Below, in pieces: positions 6,809 to 16,006 of a DNA stretch of 64,000 nucleotides. Each line of letters starts with the position of its first letter. The stretch's first letter is position 1. The stretch comes from a virus (Duplodnaviria > Caudoviricetes): the IMG/VR virus record IMGVR_UViG_3300032038_000048, positions 1 through 64,000 of that record. One strand, 5' to 3'. The notes beneath the pieces were generated by a model. The model was not told the DNA's origin. It saw only the letters and a program-made list of their open reading frames with translations, and made no database searches. Both the position numbers and the translations under genes were made by a program.

Positions 6809-9436
6809 TTAATAAGCGAGGACGGGCAGCACATTGCAGTAGTAGGTCTTGGTGCCGCTGCTAAAACTGCCATTGCTCAAATACACTGCGTCCGTTGCAT
6901 TGCGCTGAGTGGAAGACCACCATTGCGAAGTAGGTGCTAAATAGTTTATCACACTCAGGCCAAACACACTTTGCGTAAAGGCATTTACCTCGTCTCTATT
7001 CAGCCTCCATGCGTAGAGTTGTCCGTAGGCGGGTGAGAAGCATACTCTCACTACTCCGTCAGGCATGATATATCCTGTCATTTCCACAGTCTCGCCCTCT
7101 ACCCACGCGCCTGCTGGATGGGCAGTAATGAACCGCTGCAACTTGTCGTGATATATAACATAGTCACCCACGGCATAGTCCTTTGTAGTATCAAAGCCTG
7201 GAGCACCGCCCACTCTGCCCTCACAGTGCTCTATCATGCGCGAGGTATAGGTGTTGCCAAGGTCTGCCTGCTGCGCTATCCACTGCTTGATTTTTGCACA
7301 GTTGTCCTCACCATCCAAGTCTGCCACTGCCGATGCCTGAGACGAGAAAAACTGCAAGGTGGTTACATTTACATTTGCAGACAACCACCGACTTGTGGTA
7401 ATACTGCCGAAGAGAATGTCTACAGGTATGACAAATGAGCAGCCCTCTGCCATAAGGTCTGAGGTCTGTACTATCAAGCCGAATATCCTGCCCTCTATGT
7501 AGTCATCGTTAGATACATCGTTTATCTCCTTTTCCGCATTGTTGGTCATCAGCCACCTGATACCTGCTATCGCTGCCTGATACCTCACATTGACTGGTCT
7601 TGTGCCGTGATGCTCTGCTGTGTAGGTGCGTGACTGCGGTGTCCTGTAGCCCAGCACATCTTCAAAACTGATGGTGTAGACTGTTCCGAGTCTTATATCC
7701 ACTTCTGCCACATCATTGTTTACTGGCAAAGTGTAGTTCTCGCCTCCGTAGGTCACTCTCACCCATGTTGCCTTGCCTAAGTTCTCGTCACTGTACGAGA
7801 GGTTTATCTGCACATGCTCCACGGTGAGCGAGGTGTCCTCTATATAGGTCACTTCGATGTATCTCACAGGGATGGATGCACGCTTGGTTATTGGATTTAC
7901 GGGGTAGTAGTCAGGCACGTCATTGCAACTGACTGTGTACTCCAGTCCCTTCTGCACACTTGTGGAGCACCTGCCTGCTGAGTCTGTGGTGAGGTTGCGC
8001 GCACTCTGCTCACCTTCCACCTGTACTGCCACAAATACATTCGGCAGTGGTACATTATTCTCAGTCTTCAGGTCTATGATAACTTCCTCATAGTCACTCT
8101 TCACCATGTCATTTACCTCCGTCACAAGGTCTGTCTGCTGCACCTCATTGGCGTTCCATGCCCCTGGTGAGTGACTGACGAGGAATTTATACAACCCATC
8201 CTGATACATCACAAAGTCACCTGCTGCGTAGGTGGCAGAGGTGCTGAACTGAGGTATAGTGTCTGCGCCTAATACTGCATCGGTGTTGGCTATCACCTGC
8301 TGCGCCTCAGAAGAGAGGTCTGATACTGGTATGCCGCCCGCTGGCTTTTGGTATGCCGTTAAACCTGCTATAGCACCTCTTCTTATATTGTTGAGGTCGA
8401 GAATTATATCTTGCTTGTGTGAAAGCAAACGTGTCAGTGCTTCGGTCGTAGTATAGTCAGCCAGTGCCGCAGTGAGTGCTGTACTGATAGCACTGTCAGT
8501 CTCGGCACTGGTGTAATAGCCGCTGAGATCTATTGCAGTACTGCCTATTTGCTCCCAATAATATACATCCCTCTGGCTGTCAGACTGGATAGTGATATAC
8601 TCATCTTTTATATTCTCCGCCTGCGGGTCAGCGGAGGGCACAAGGTATATACAGTGCATGGTTTCGGCTGACGCTTCGGGCAAAGTGGGTACCACCTCAT
8701 ACCTGAACTGCTTAATAGCAGATACTATCTGCTGCACCTCATCCTTGGTATAGATGTCTCTTTTGAGGTAGTAGTTAACAAGGTCGTCAACGGTCTTTGT
8801 GATAAAGCCAGAGTCGTTGAGAAGGTCACTCGTACTGTCTGGAATAGGCGTGCTGTCGGGCAGTGCTTTCACATCTTCGGCAATGAGTGTAACTGCTCCA
8901 GTCTTGCCGTTGACCGATGTCACGCTTTCGTCAGCCCATTCGGTATCGTAGTCCTCGTTGCTCTTCTTCCGCAATACCTGTCCTGTCGCACCTCCTTCGG
9001 GCACTCCTTCGCCTGGGTCGCCCTTGTCGCCTTTAGCAAAGAAAAACACGCTGCCCTCGATTATCGCGCCCTCGGCATAGTCGGGGAAATCATCAAACTC
9101 ATCCATCACTGGCTCGTTGCTGTCATATACAGTCACCACCATGAGCCACTTGCTCCTGCGCTTTGTATCGTCAGGCTCCTTGACGGTTATCACCACGGCA
9201 TACTCGCCCACTGCCAGCGTGCCGTTGTCGGTGAAGATGATGTTGTTTTCCGTCACCGTCGGCACAAACTCATACTTCCTATACTGACCCTGCAAGGTCA
9301 CGCCTATCTCTGTTCCTGTGGGCGGGTAGTAGTTCTCAGTGGTCTTTCCCGCTTGGGTAAAAACCACCTTCTGCATCGGGATGATAAGCGTCACCTTATT
9401 ACCCGCCACCAATCTCAGCCTTTTAATTTCTGCCAT
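6809..9436 (-). CDS. DGR target: tail fibre / receptor-binding protein with C-terminal CLec-type variable domain
   Basis: Collagen-like GDKGDPGEG, VTSVNGKTGAVTL fibre motif, two CBM5/12-like motifs (YAAGDFVMYQDGLYKF; YAVGDYVIYHDKLQRF), and C-terminal WWSSTQ..VLPVLAY encoded by VR. Confidence 0.85.
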   Translation of the reverse strand: MAEIKRLRLVAGNKVTLIIPMQKVVFTQAGKTTENYYPPTGTEIGVTLQGQYRKYEFVPTVTENNIIFTDNGTLAVGEYAVVITVKEPDDTKRRSKWLMVVTVYDSNEPVMDEFDDFPDYAEGAIIEGSVFFFAKGDKGDPGEGVPEGGATGQVLRKKSNEDYDTEWADESVTSVNGKTGAVTLIAEDVKALPDSTPIPDSTSDLLNDSGFITKTVDDLVNYYLKRDIYTKDEVQQIVSAIKQFRYEVVPTLPEASAETMHCIYLVPSADPQAENIKDEYITIQSDSQRDVYYWEQIGSTAIDLSGYYTSAETDSAISTALTAALADYTTTEALTRLLSHKQDIILDLNNIRRGAIAGLTAYQKPAGGIPVSDLSSEAQQVIANTDAVLGADTIPQFSTSATYAAGDFVMYQDGLYKFLVSHSPGAWNANEVQQTDLVTEVNDMVKSDYEEVIIDLKTENNVPLPNVFVAVQVEGEQSARNLTTDSAGRCSTSVQKGLEYTVSCNDVPDYYPVNPITKRASIPVRYIEVTYIEDTSLTVEHVQINLSYSDENLGKATWVRVTYGGENYTLPVNNDVAEVDIRLGTVYTISFEDVLGYRTPQSRTYTAEHHGTRPVNVRYQAAIAGIRWLMTNNAEKEINDVSNDDYIEGRIFGLIVQTSDLMAEGCSFVIPVDILFGSITTSRWLSANVNVTTLQFFSSQASAVADLDGEDNCAKIKQWIAQQADLGNTYTSRMIEHCEGRVGGAPGFDTTKDYAVGDYVIYHDKLQRFITAHPAGAWVEGETVEMTGYIMPDGVVRVCFSPAYGQLYAWRLNRDEVNAFTQSVFGLSVINYLAPTSQWWSSTQRNATDAVYLSNGSFSSGTKTYYCNVLPVLAY
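6810..6922 (-). repeat. DGR variable repeat (VR)
   Basis: 15 mismatches to TR over 113 bp, all at TR adenines (T on the + strand). Confidence 0.95.
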
Positions 9437-9498
9437 ATTCTTAGTTTTTAGTTATTCAAATCAAATCCTCAGTGCCTCAGTACCTCCGTGGTAAGAAA

Positions 9499-10281
9499 TC
9501 ATATCCTCCCCCAGAACTCCCGCCACTTCTGCGAGTTATTCTTAGCTCCAGTGGGCTTGCCATCGATAGACGAATACATTGCGCCATCGTTCCAGCCCTC
9601 CACTCCAGGGCACAACTTACCCGACACATCGTAGTGACGCACGACATTTGTCTTGGGTACGCCATACTTCTTCATAAGATAGCGAATGAGCTTCAAAGCG
9701 TTTTCGAGCGATGCCTCCGTAAAGTACCAGCCTGTGTGGTTTGCGTAAGATGCAGATGCACCACTCTTCAGATTGGAACAAATCTCTATTGAAACCGTGT
9801 TCCTGTTTGTTGCGACACCGTAGAGTTTCCCACCGCCAGAATACACGTTTATTTTGTCATCGACACCCCAGCAATAGTAGTTCTCCACATCGGGAGTTAT
9901 CTGAACAATCTCGGCATCATCCACCACAAAGTCGGCACTGGCCCTGCGAGAGAGGAACACGTTCCTTACACCTCGTGCCGCTCCAGCTCTTGACGTGCTG
10001 CCAGCGGTATAGTGTATGGCAATGTACTTTATCGGCCGGTTTGCCGAATACGATATGTGGGTGTGGATATGGGCACCAGTGATGTTGATGGATGGCACGC
10101 CGATGAGTGCCCATGTCTTTGGACCACAGATACCATCACCGGACAGGCCATGCTTAATCTGCCATGCTTTTAACGCCTCTTCGGTCTTCACGCCGAAGAT
10201 GCCGTCTTCGGCATACAGGTGCAAGGCTCGCTGCAGATACTTCACTTCCTCACCTCTGTCACCCTTCCTTAGTGTTCTCAT
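9499..10281 (-). CDS. Endolysin: PG-binding domain plus N-acetylmuramoyl-L-alanine amidase (Amidase_2-like)
   Basis: LRKGDRGEEVKYLQRAL..DGIFGVKT (PG_binding_1); IAIHYTAG, SIEIC, VVRHYDVSGKLCPG. Confidence 0.9.
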   Translation of the reverse strand: MRTLRKGDRGEEVKYLQRALHLYAEDGIFGVKTEEALKAWQIKHGLSGDGICGPKTWALIGVPSINITGAHIHTHISYSANRPIKYIAIHYTAGSTSRAGAARGVRNVFLSRRASADFVVDDAEIVQITPDVENYYCWGVDDKINVYSGGGKLYGVATNRNTVSIEICSNLKSGASASYANHTGWYFTEASLENALKLIRYLMKKYGVPKTNVVRHYDVSGKLCPGVEGWNDGAMYSSIDGKPTGAKNNSQKWREFWGRI

Positions 10282-10732
10282 GTGCTTCTCCTTTCTTTAT
10301 AGTCTCGGTTATCAACTCGGCGGCCTTGTCCTTGCCTATGGCGCCTATGATTATCTTCAGTGCATGGTCCAGGCGGTTTTTGTCCTTTTCGTCGGCTTTC
10401 TCCTTCACGCTCCATGCCTCCACGCCGCAAATCGCTACAGTGAACAGCAGGCCGACGATGGGCACGCAGTACACTGTCTCGGTAGCGAAGAACCACCACG
10501 CGAAGTGCACGGCCACGTCGATGCACCATGCCACAATCAGTAGTCCTTCTCGTTGCAGAACTTTCGTGAAGGTGCGTGAGAAACCGTAACTCGTCCGCGC
10601 CTCACCGCGGATCTTCGCTTTCCTCCACCCGCTCACCAGGTCTACGATTATAGCGACGAGTACGAGCAGCATACATATCGCCATGATGCTTGATAGCAGT
10701 CCCAGACCGCCGAAAATCTCTTTCTCTATCAT
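10259..10732 (-). CDS. Holin
   Basis: About three hydrophobic segments, IIVDLVSGWRKAK..TSYGFSRT motif, overlaps the endolysin start. Confidence 0.8.
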   Translation of the reverse strand: MIEKEIFGGLGLLSSIMAICMLLVLVAIIVDLVSGWRKAKIRGEARTSYGFSRTFTKVLQREGLLIVAWCIDVAVHFAWWFFATETVYCVPIVGLLFTVAICGVEAWSVKEKADEKDKNRLDHALKIIIGAIGKDKAAELITETIKKGEAHENTKEG

Positions 10733-10928
10733 ATCCTTACGCCCTCCTTTCTTTTTGGATGATTAGTATATCGTTGTTATAGGAAGCACATTCATCGATG
10801 TGCTGTTCTTGCCTATCTGAGCAAATATTTATTTCCGCTAATTCGTAATTTATGGAGTCTTCCTTACCCCCAAACCTTGATTAACTGATAATCTCGATAA
10901 AGGGATAAGGAACTTTAAGAATAAATCG

Positions 10929-11660
10929 TTAATAAAATGCAGAGACAGGGCGAACGCTGATCTCATTCGTCTTGGAGTTGTTGTTGAAACGGCCATTGCT
11001 GAAACCCAGAAACCAAGCATTCGTAGCAGAGTACTCGGTACTGCTCCAATACGTTTGACTACGGTTCAATGCCGTACCTCCGATTTGAGCGAGAATGCGG
11101 TTGACCTCGAGCAAGTGCGACCAAATCATCCACAACTCACCTGCGCTTGGTAGCCACCAACGACCTGCACCGACGAAAGCGTTAGCCGCATCGACGTTAG
11201 ACGGGTAGTATTCATGGCAGAACTTTGCGGCAGGCGCATTGTCGCCAAGGGTGGTGATGATTGTTGATGTGTTAGCGCGACCGTCCATGTCGGCAATTGC
11301 AGCCTCGCGTCCTTTTGCGGTAGTACCGCCAGTGACGTTTGACGTTGCCCACTTGGTAGATGCTTGTTGGTCTTTGGCTACGACGATAAGTTTGCCGCCT
11401 TCTTGTATCCACACGCCAACTGCGATTGATGCTTTAGACAAGGCATCGTCGGGTTGACGGAAACGAAGATAATCCGCTTCATAGACGGCCACACCGACGT
11501 TAGCTGTGAACAATGGCTGCTTCTTGAAAAGGTTATCGGGCGTATCAGAACCGATGGGGCTACCTGATGCGTCAAGGAGTGGAATACGTGACGTTGCGGC
11601 AGCTGCCGTTGTGCCTTGTGTGTAAAACCACTTTTTCAAACTGTCTTTAAATGTTCCCAT
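10929..11660 (-). CDS. Virion-associated protein with CLec-like (DUF1566/DGR-target-like) C-terminal domain
   Basis: DMDGRANT, WWLPSAGEL, YWSSTEYSATNAW..VRPVSAFY. Confidence 0.75.
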   Translation of the reverse strand: MGTFKDSLKKWFYTQGTTAAAATSRIPLLDASGSPIGSDTPDNLFKKQPLFTANVGVAVYEADYLRFRQPDDALSKASIAVGVWIQEGGKLIVVAKDQQASTKWATSNVTGGTTAKGREAAIADMDGRANTSTIITTLGDNAPAAKFCHEYYPSNVDAANAFVGAGRWWLPSAGELWMIWSHLLEVNRILAQIGGTALNRSQTYWSSTEYSATNAWFLGFSNGRFNNNSKTNEISVRPVSAFY

Positions 11661-11703
11661 TATTCTCTATTTTTTTTGTTTGTTTTGTTTATTAAAGTAA
11701 AAT

Positions 11704-13200
11704 TTAAGCCTGATGCTCTGATACATATCCCGATACGATATACCAATTATTGCTCATTGCTTTTATTGTCACAAATTGATTTGGACTTAATTCGATGTCT
11801 GTTACTGACATTAAAAGACCACTTGCGTCAATCATTATTCCGTCGTTTGAATGTATTACTGGCGAAACATTGTTTCTGGTAATCATCGGAAAATAAAAAC
11901 GCAGTTCTAAGCCATCAAAAGTACTCGCGCTCGGCAGATTTATCTTTGTATAATAACCTATTACTGCGCTCACATTAAAACAATAGTATGGGTCGTTTAT
12001 CGGGTCTACTGTATATGTTGTACCTGGTAATATATACTTTGTTTTAGCATACATTAAATCAGCGTGTATCTTTCCAGTTATTTCTACATTGCCATTGGCA
12101 TTGAACAGCACCTTGCCACTGCTGAAATGTGCTGCACCGGTCAGCAAGTCCACGGCATACACTGGGATGAAGTTGTGCTGACCACCAGTCACATGGTCGG
12201 TATTAGGATAGGCAGGGTCAAACTTCGTGTAGTCTTGACTTGCAGCACCGTTCACTGTGCCGTTAGTGCTTATCATCCAGTCACCGCTAATGACCGCAGA
12301 GCCGAACTTGGCGAAACTTCCGAAGACAGCCTCGGTTATGAGGTACTTGAAGTCGTTATACATCAACGTGCAATAGGGGTTGTCATTACCTGGGCTGCCC
12401 AACTGTGCCATAGTATATGTTCCGTTTGGTGCCTTGTCGTACACATAGTAGTTGTCTGTGCTCTGCAGATAGAAGAACGGGCACTGCGCATCGCTCACAA
12501 GGAACGTGTCGGCAGAGGTGGCATCGTACTCGCCTCCGTAGTAGTACATCCTGCCTGTCTTACCCTGTTCTCCTTGCTCTCCTACAAGGTCGTCTTCATG
12601 CGCCATGTATGCAGTGGCAGTGTCGCCCACCTCCAACTTCGGCATGCACAGATACACCGCATCCGTCATGGCACGGAAATAGACGATACAGTCTACGGGC
12701 AGCGTGCCGAGAGTCTTGAACGTGAAGGTGTGCCGCCTGCCCGACATGTCCGCAGTCCATTCCACTTTACCATCGCTGGGTACAGACTGAAATATACCGT
12801 CCACGTAGCACCCTGCGCTCACGTCCACACATGCCGCCGTGCCGGTGACGAACGTGCGCCACGACTGAGTGGCAAAATAGCAGAACGAGAGTGTGTACCA
12901 TGTAGACACCTTTACCCGCGAGCGCACATCCTGTCTCATCTCCGTGGTGGAGCCATTGTATGTAAAGCGCAGGCTCATCCTTCCCTCCACGGTATACTGG
13001 CTGTCGATGCTCACCGCACCCCACTTGTCCGATGTCCATTCCTCTTTTACAAAGTCCAATCCACGGTCAAACACCGTGCGCAGCAAAAGATTGGGTTGCA
13101 CCTCATGGGCATCCTTACCGTCCTGTCCAGGCTGTCCGTCCTGTCCATCTTTCACGGTGCTCACCGAGAATGTGCTGCTTATGGTTTTCATTACTGGCAT
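11704..13200 (-). CDS. Tail/baseplate protein with CBM-like beta-sandwich and short collagen-like repeats
   Basis: GQDGQPGQDGKD, PNLL..YTLSF..MPKLEVGDTATAY pattern, GEQGEQGKTG; position in the tail block. Confidence 0.6.
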   Translation of the reverse strand: MPVMKTISSTFSVSTVKDGQDGQPGQDGKDAHEVQPNLLLRTVFDRGLDFVKEEWTSDKWGAVSIDSQYTVEGRMSLRFTYNGSTTEMRQDVRSRVKVSTWYTLSFCYFATQSWRTFVTGTAACVDVSAGCYVDGIFQSVPSDGKVEWTADMSGRRHTFTFKTLGTLPVDCIVYFRAMTDAVYLCMPKLEVGDTATAYMAHEDDLVGEQGEQGKTGRMYYYGGEYDATSADTFLVSDAQCPFFYLQSTDNYYVYDKAPNGTYTMAQLGSPGNDNPYCTLMYNDFKYLITEAVFGSFAKFGSAVISGDWMISTNGTVNGAASQDYTKFDPAYPNTDHVTGGQHNFIPVYAVDLLTGAAHFSSGKVLFNANGNVEITGKIHADLMYAKTKYILPGTTYTVDPINDPYYCFNVSAVIGYYTKINLPSASTFDGLELRFYFPMITRNNVSPVIHSNDGIMIDASGLLMSVTDIELSPNQFVTIKAMSNNWYIVSGYVSEHQA

Positions 13201-13221
13201 ATTGTCTTTTTGTTTATGTAA

Positions 13222-14361
13222 TTATTTCACTGCAAGCACTATGGCTGTGAGGTAGTTCCCGAAGTTCTCCTTTACCTGCGCATAGGTCAGTGTGATGCTG
13301 GCTTTATGAGTGGTGGGGTCTACATCAAGCGGTCGCCATCCGCTCAGTGTACCAGAGGATGCCCTGTTCGGAATACCTGTAATGTCGGCTGTCACCTCAT
13401 TTCCTTCTGCGTTTAGCAGTTTCACACCGAAGTTCGCCCATGTGCTATCCACGGTGGGGTCGGTCTGCGTGCCTATCCATATATACCACGTTATGCTTCC
13501 GTTCGGCTTTAGCGTGGCAGAGTTGTCGTTGCTGCCGTTGTACTGTATGTACATCTGCTCGGGGTCGGTCTGGTCGTCTATATTCTCAAAGGCAGCGTAT
13601 GTCTGCGAGGTCTGCTGACCGCCGCTATCCACGATGTAGGTGAAGTCGCACTCTATTATAGTGTTGTCGGTGATGGCTGACTCGTTTACCTGCTTGGCGT
13701 TGTTATAGGTCGTTCCGTCTATGGTCACGGCTGCACCTGCGCCTATCGAAGTGCCGTCCTTCTTCCATTGCGTTGTGAAACCCGAGGTCAATTCCGTGCC
13801 GCTGGCATCAAACAGCCTGCCGTACATCGTTATGACCTGGTTCTTCTCCGTCACCACGTTGCTGCCCACAAACTCTATCAGTCCGAACACACCACTTGTT
13901 GACACGCCTGTTATCCTTATCTGTGCTGTGGCGGCAAAGGCTATCGCAGTGCCACCTTTGGTGTACGCTCCCCTGTATGTGATGGTGTCTACATCTACAT
14001 CGGTACTGGATGCGAGGTTGTCTATTATCTTGATTGCAGTCTTGTTTGTCAGTGTCCTGTTGCCGATAACCACAGTTGTCACTTCCTGAAACTTACCCGT
14101 GGTGTCTTGGTGTGTCGTTGGGTCGAACTCCAGTGCCACGCCGTTGTAATACCATGTGCCGCCTGAGTCTGGCTCTACTGATGTGTTTCCGTCAAGCAAG
14201 TCCACATAGACTGTAGGCTGGTTGGCTGCCGTAGTCCAGTTGGGCACTGCGGTAGTTCCCGTCCACGCCTGGGTTAGCGATTTGTTTGACAGCAACTGGC
14301 CGTGCAGGGTTGCTCCGTCGTCTATGCACTCTACATAAAATCTGTTCGATACTGTACTCAT
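13222..14361 (-). CDS. Putative tail structural protein (Ig-like, Thr-rich)
   Basis: 379-aa beta-rich ORF in the tail operon. Confidence 0.55.
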   Translation of the reverse strand: MSTVSNRFYVECIDDGATLHGQLLSNKSLTQAWTGTTAVPNWTTAANQPTVYVDLLDGNTSVEPDSGGTWYYNGVALEFDPTTHQDTTGKFQEVTTVVIGNRTLTNKTAIKIIDNLASSTDVDVDTITYRGAYTKGGTAIAFAATAQIRITGVSTSGVFGLIEFVGSNVVTEKNQVITMYGRLFDASGTELTSGFTTQWKKDGTSIGAGAAVTIDGTTYNNAKQVNESAITDNTIIECDFTYIVDSGGQQTSQTYAAFENIDDQTDPEQMYIQYNGSNDNSATLKPNGSITWYIWIGTQTDPTVDSTWANFGVKLLNAEGNEVTADITGIPNRASSGTLSGWRPLDVDPTTHKASITLTYAQVKENFGNYLTAIVLAVK

Positions 14362-14693
14362 GCTTCTTCCTCCGTATTATTTGTTTCTTCGCCCTCTGCT
14401 GGCGTTTCTCCTTCTTCTTGGCTAGTTATACCACCCTCGTCATTCGCTGGCTCTATGGGCGCGTTTTCACCCATCTGGTAATTGTTCTGCCGTATCAGCG
14501 TCTTTGCTACTTCTGTGGTAATCATTTCCACGCCTGCAAGTCCGCTGACATATTCCTCGGGGGTGAGGCGCACACGGGCAAGGTCGCGCTCGTTCAGGAT
14601 GAAACGACCGTCCTCGGTGCGGTAGCGAGAGGCAATCATCCCGCTTCTCTGCGCTATGTCCTTTGTCACAATATAATTCGCTGTCGTCATCAT
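14358..14693 (-). CDS. Hypothetical protein, acidic C-terminus
   Basis: 111-aa ORF coupled to its neighbours. Confidence 0.6.
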   Translation of the reverse strand: MMTTANYIVTKDIAQRSGMIASRYRTEDGRFILNERDLARVRLTPEEYVSGLAGVEMITTEVAKTLIRQNNYQMGENAPIEPANDEGGITSQEEGETPAEGEETNNTEEEA

Positions 14694-14707
14694 AATATCG
14701 TATGTTT

Positions 14708-16003
14708 TTATAGTCTGTCAAAAACTGTTTCGTACACAGTGTCATCATCCAAATCGTCGGTTACTGCCACCCCGTCCTCGGTCACTGTGTCCCACGGGCC
14801 TAACATATAGCACTCGGCATGTACGGGGGTGCTGTAAGTGGTGTGCTGGCGCAGTTCCTCGCTGCTTACTTCTATGCTCTGACCCCATCCCATATCCTTG
14901 TCGGCGAAACTCACAATATTTCCCTGCACCTCGGGCACTCTCGCCTTATAGTTGAACAGGAAATGCTCTCTCTTCTGTGCATCGGTCAGCACGCCGCTGT
15001 GGTGGTTTATGATATTCGAGAACTTCATTGGCCTCTCGTTGTCGTTCACGGCCCTGCCGTTGTCGCATATCGTTGTGGCATCTATCCTTGGGAAGTCCCA
15101 CAGCAAAGAGCACCTCGCCTTGAAGGGCAGCACGTCCGACGATGCTGATGTGGTGGCACGGATATACACTATCAGGTCTATATGCTCCACATACATGGCA
15201 TCTATGGTGATGGTGTCTTTGCCCTGTCCTTTTCCCGTCTGCTGTGTGGCCTGCTTGTAGCACTCTAAGAGGTTCACGGGTACTTCAATGTTGCTTATTC
15301 TTCCCACACCGTACACAAGGGCGTTCCACACGATGTAGTGTTCGTCGGTCACGTCTTCGTTGTTCTCGTCAAGCACCTGCACTTGAAATGTGTAAGTACT
15401 GTTGTCGGTCAGCGGGTTGAACAGGGTCTTTGTGGGGGCAAGGAGGTTCACCGTGTATCTCTCGGTGGTGGAGTCCTGGTTGGTGACAAGTGTCACTGTG
15501 CCTTTCACGGTCACGGTCACTGCGCTGTCCCTCGGGTCTATGTACTTCGCCACGCAGCATATTGGCTGACCTGTCTCGCTGGCTCCAGTGGATGCAGGGG
15601 GCACGTTCTTCTTCACGGTCAGGCTCCTTGTAGGGTTGTTCTGTGAAGGGTATTCGTACACTGCGCCCGTTATCTGTACGGGGCTATAGGGAATGGGAGT
15701 CCAGTGTAGACCAGGCCACAACGTATCTGACGAAGAATAGTCGGTGTTGTCCTGCGTGTTCCAGAAGTACCAGTTCACAACAAGCCACGATGGGGTATAT
15801 GATGTTCCCGTGTTGGTGTCTATGGCTGTGATTTTAGGTGTCAGTAGCAGTGGGTAGGTGCTGCGGTCGGGCTTGTATGTGCTGTCGTTGGCGTAGTACC
15901 ACTGCTCTATGGTGTCGCTCGCCTCAATAGAGAAATTGTCACTGAGGGGCGGCAGCATGGTCTGTATCACCGTCGGGGTTGATATGTTAAGTCTTCTTCC
16001 CAT
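14708..16003 (-). CDS. Putative tail structural protein
   Basis: 431-aa beta-rich ORF in the tail operon. Confidence 0.55.
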   Translation of the reverse strand: MGRRLNISTPTVIQTMLPPLSDNFSIEASDTIEQWYYANDSTYKPDRSTYPLLLTPKITAIDTNTGTSYTPSWLVVNWYFWNTQDNTDYSSSDTLWPGLHWTPIPYSPVQITGAVYEYPSQNNPTRSLTVKKNVPPASTGASETGQPICCVAKYIDPRDSAVTVTVKGTVTLVTNQDSTTERYTVNLLAPTKTLFNPLTDNSTYTFQVQVLDENNEDVTDEHYIVWNALVYGVGRISNIEVPVNLLECYKQATQQTGKGQGKDTITIDAMYVEHIDLIVYIRATTSASSDVLPFKARCSLLWDFPRIDATTICDNGRAVNDNERPMKFSNIINHHSGVLTDAQKREHFLFNYKARVPEVQGNIVSFADKDMGWGQSIEVSSEELRQHTTYSTPVHAECYMLGPWDTVTEDGVAVTDDLDDDTVYETVFDRL

Positions 16004-16006
16004 GTC

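Larger units (their letters stand above)
4958..6922 (-). mobile_element. Diversity-generating retroelement (VR - hairpin - avd - TR - RT)
   Basis: RT, Avd and a TR/VR pair with adenine-only mismatches in the canonical BPP-1-like order. Confidence 0.97.

Noticed and set aside
10929-11060. Second current VR of the resident TR
   Set aside because: Non-adenine mismatches, a two-codon indel and no downstream hairpin; kept only as a possible former or trans target.
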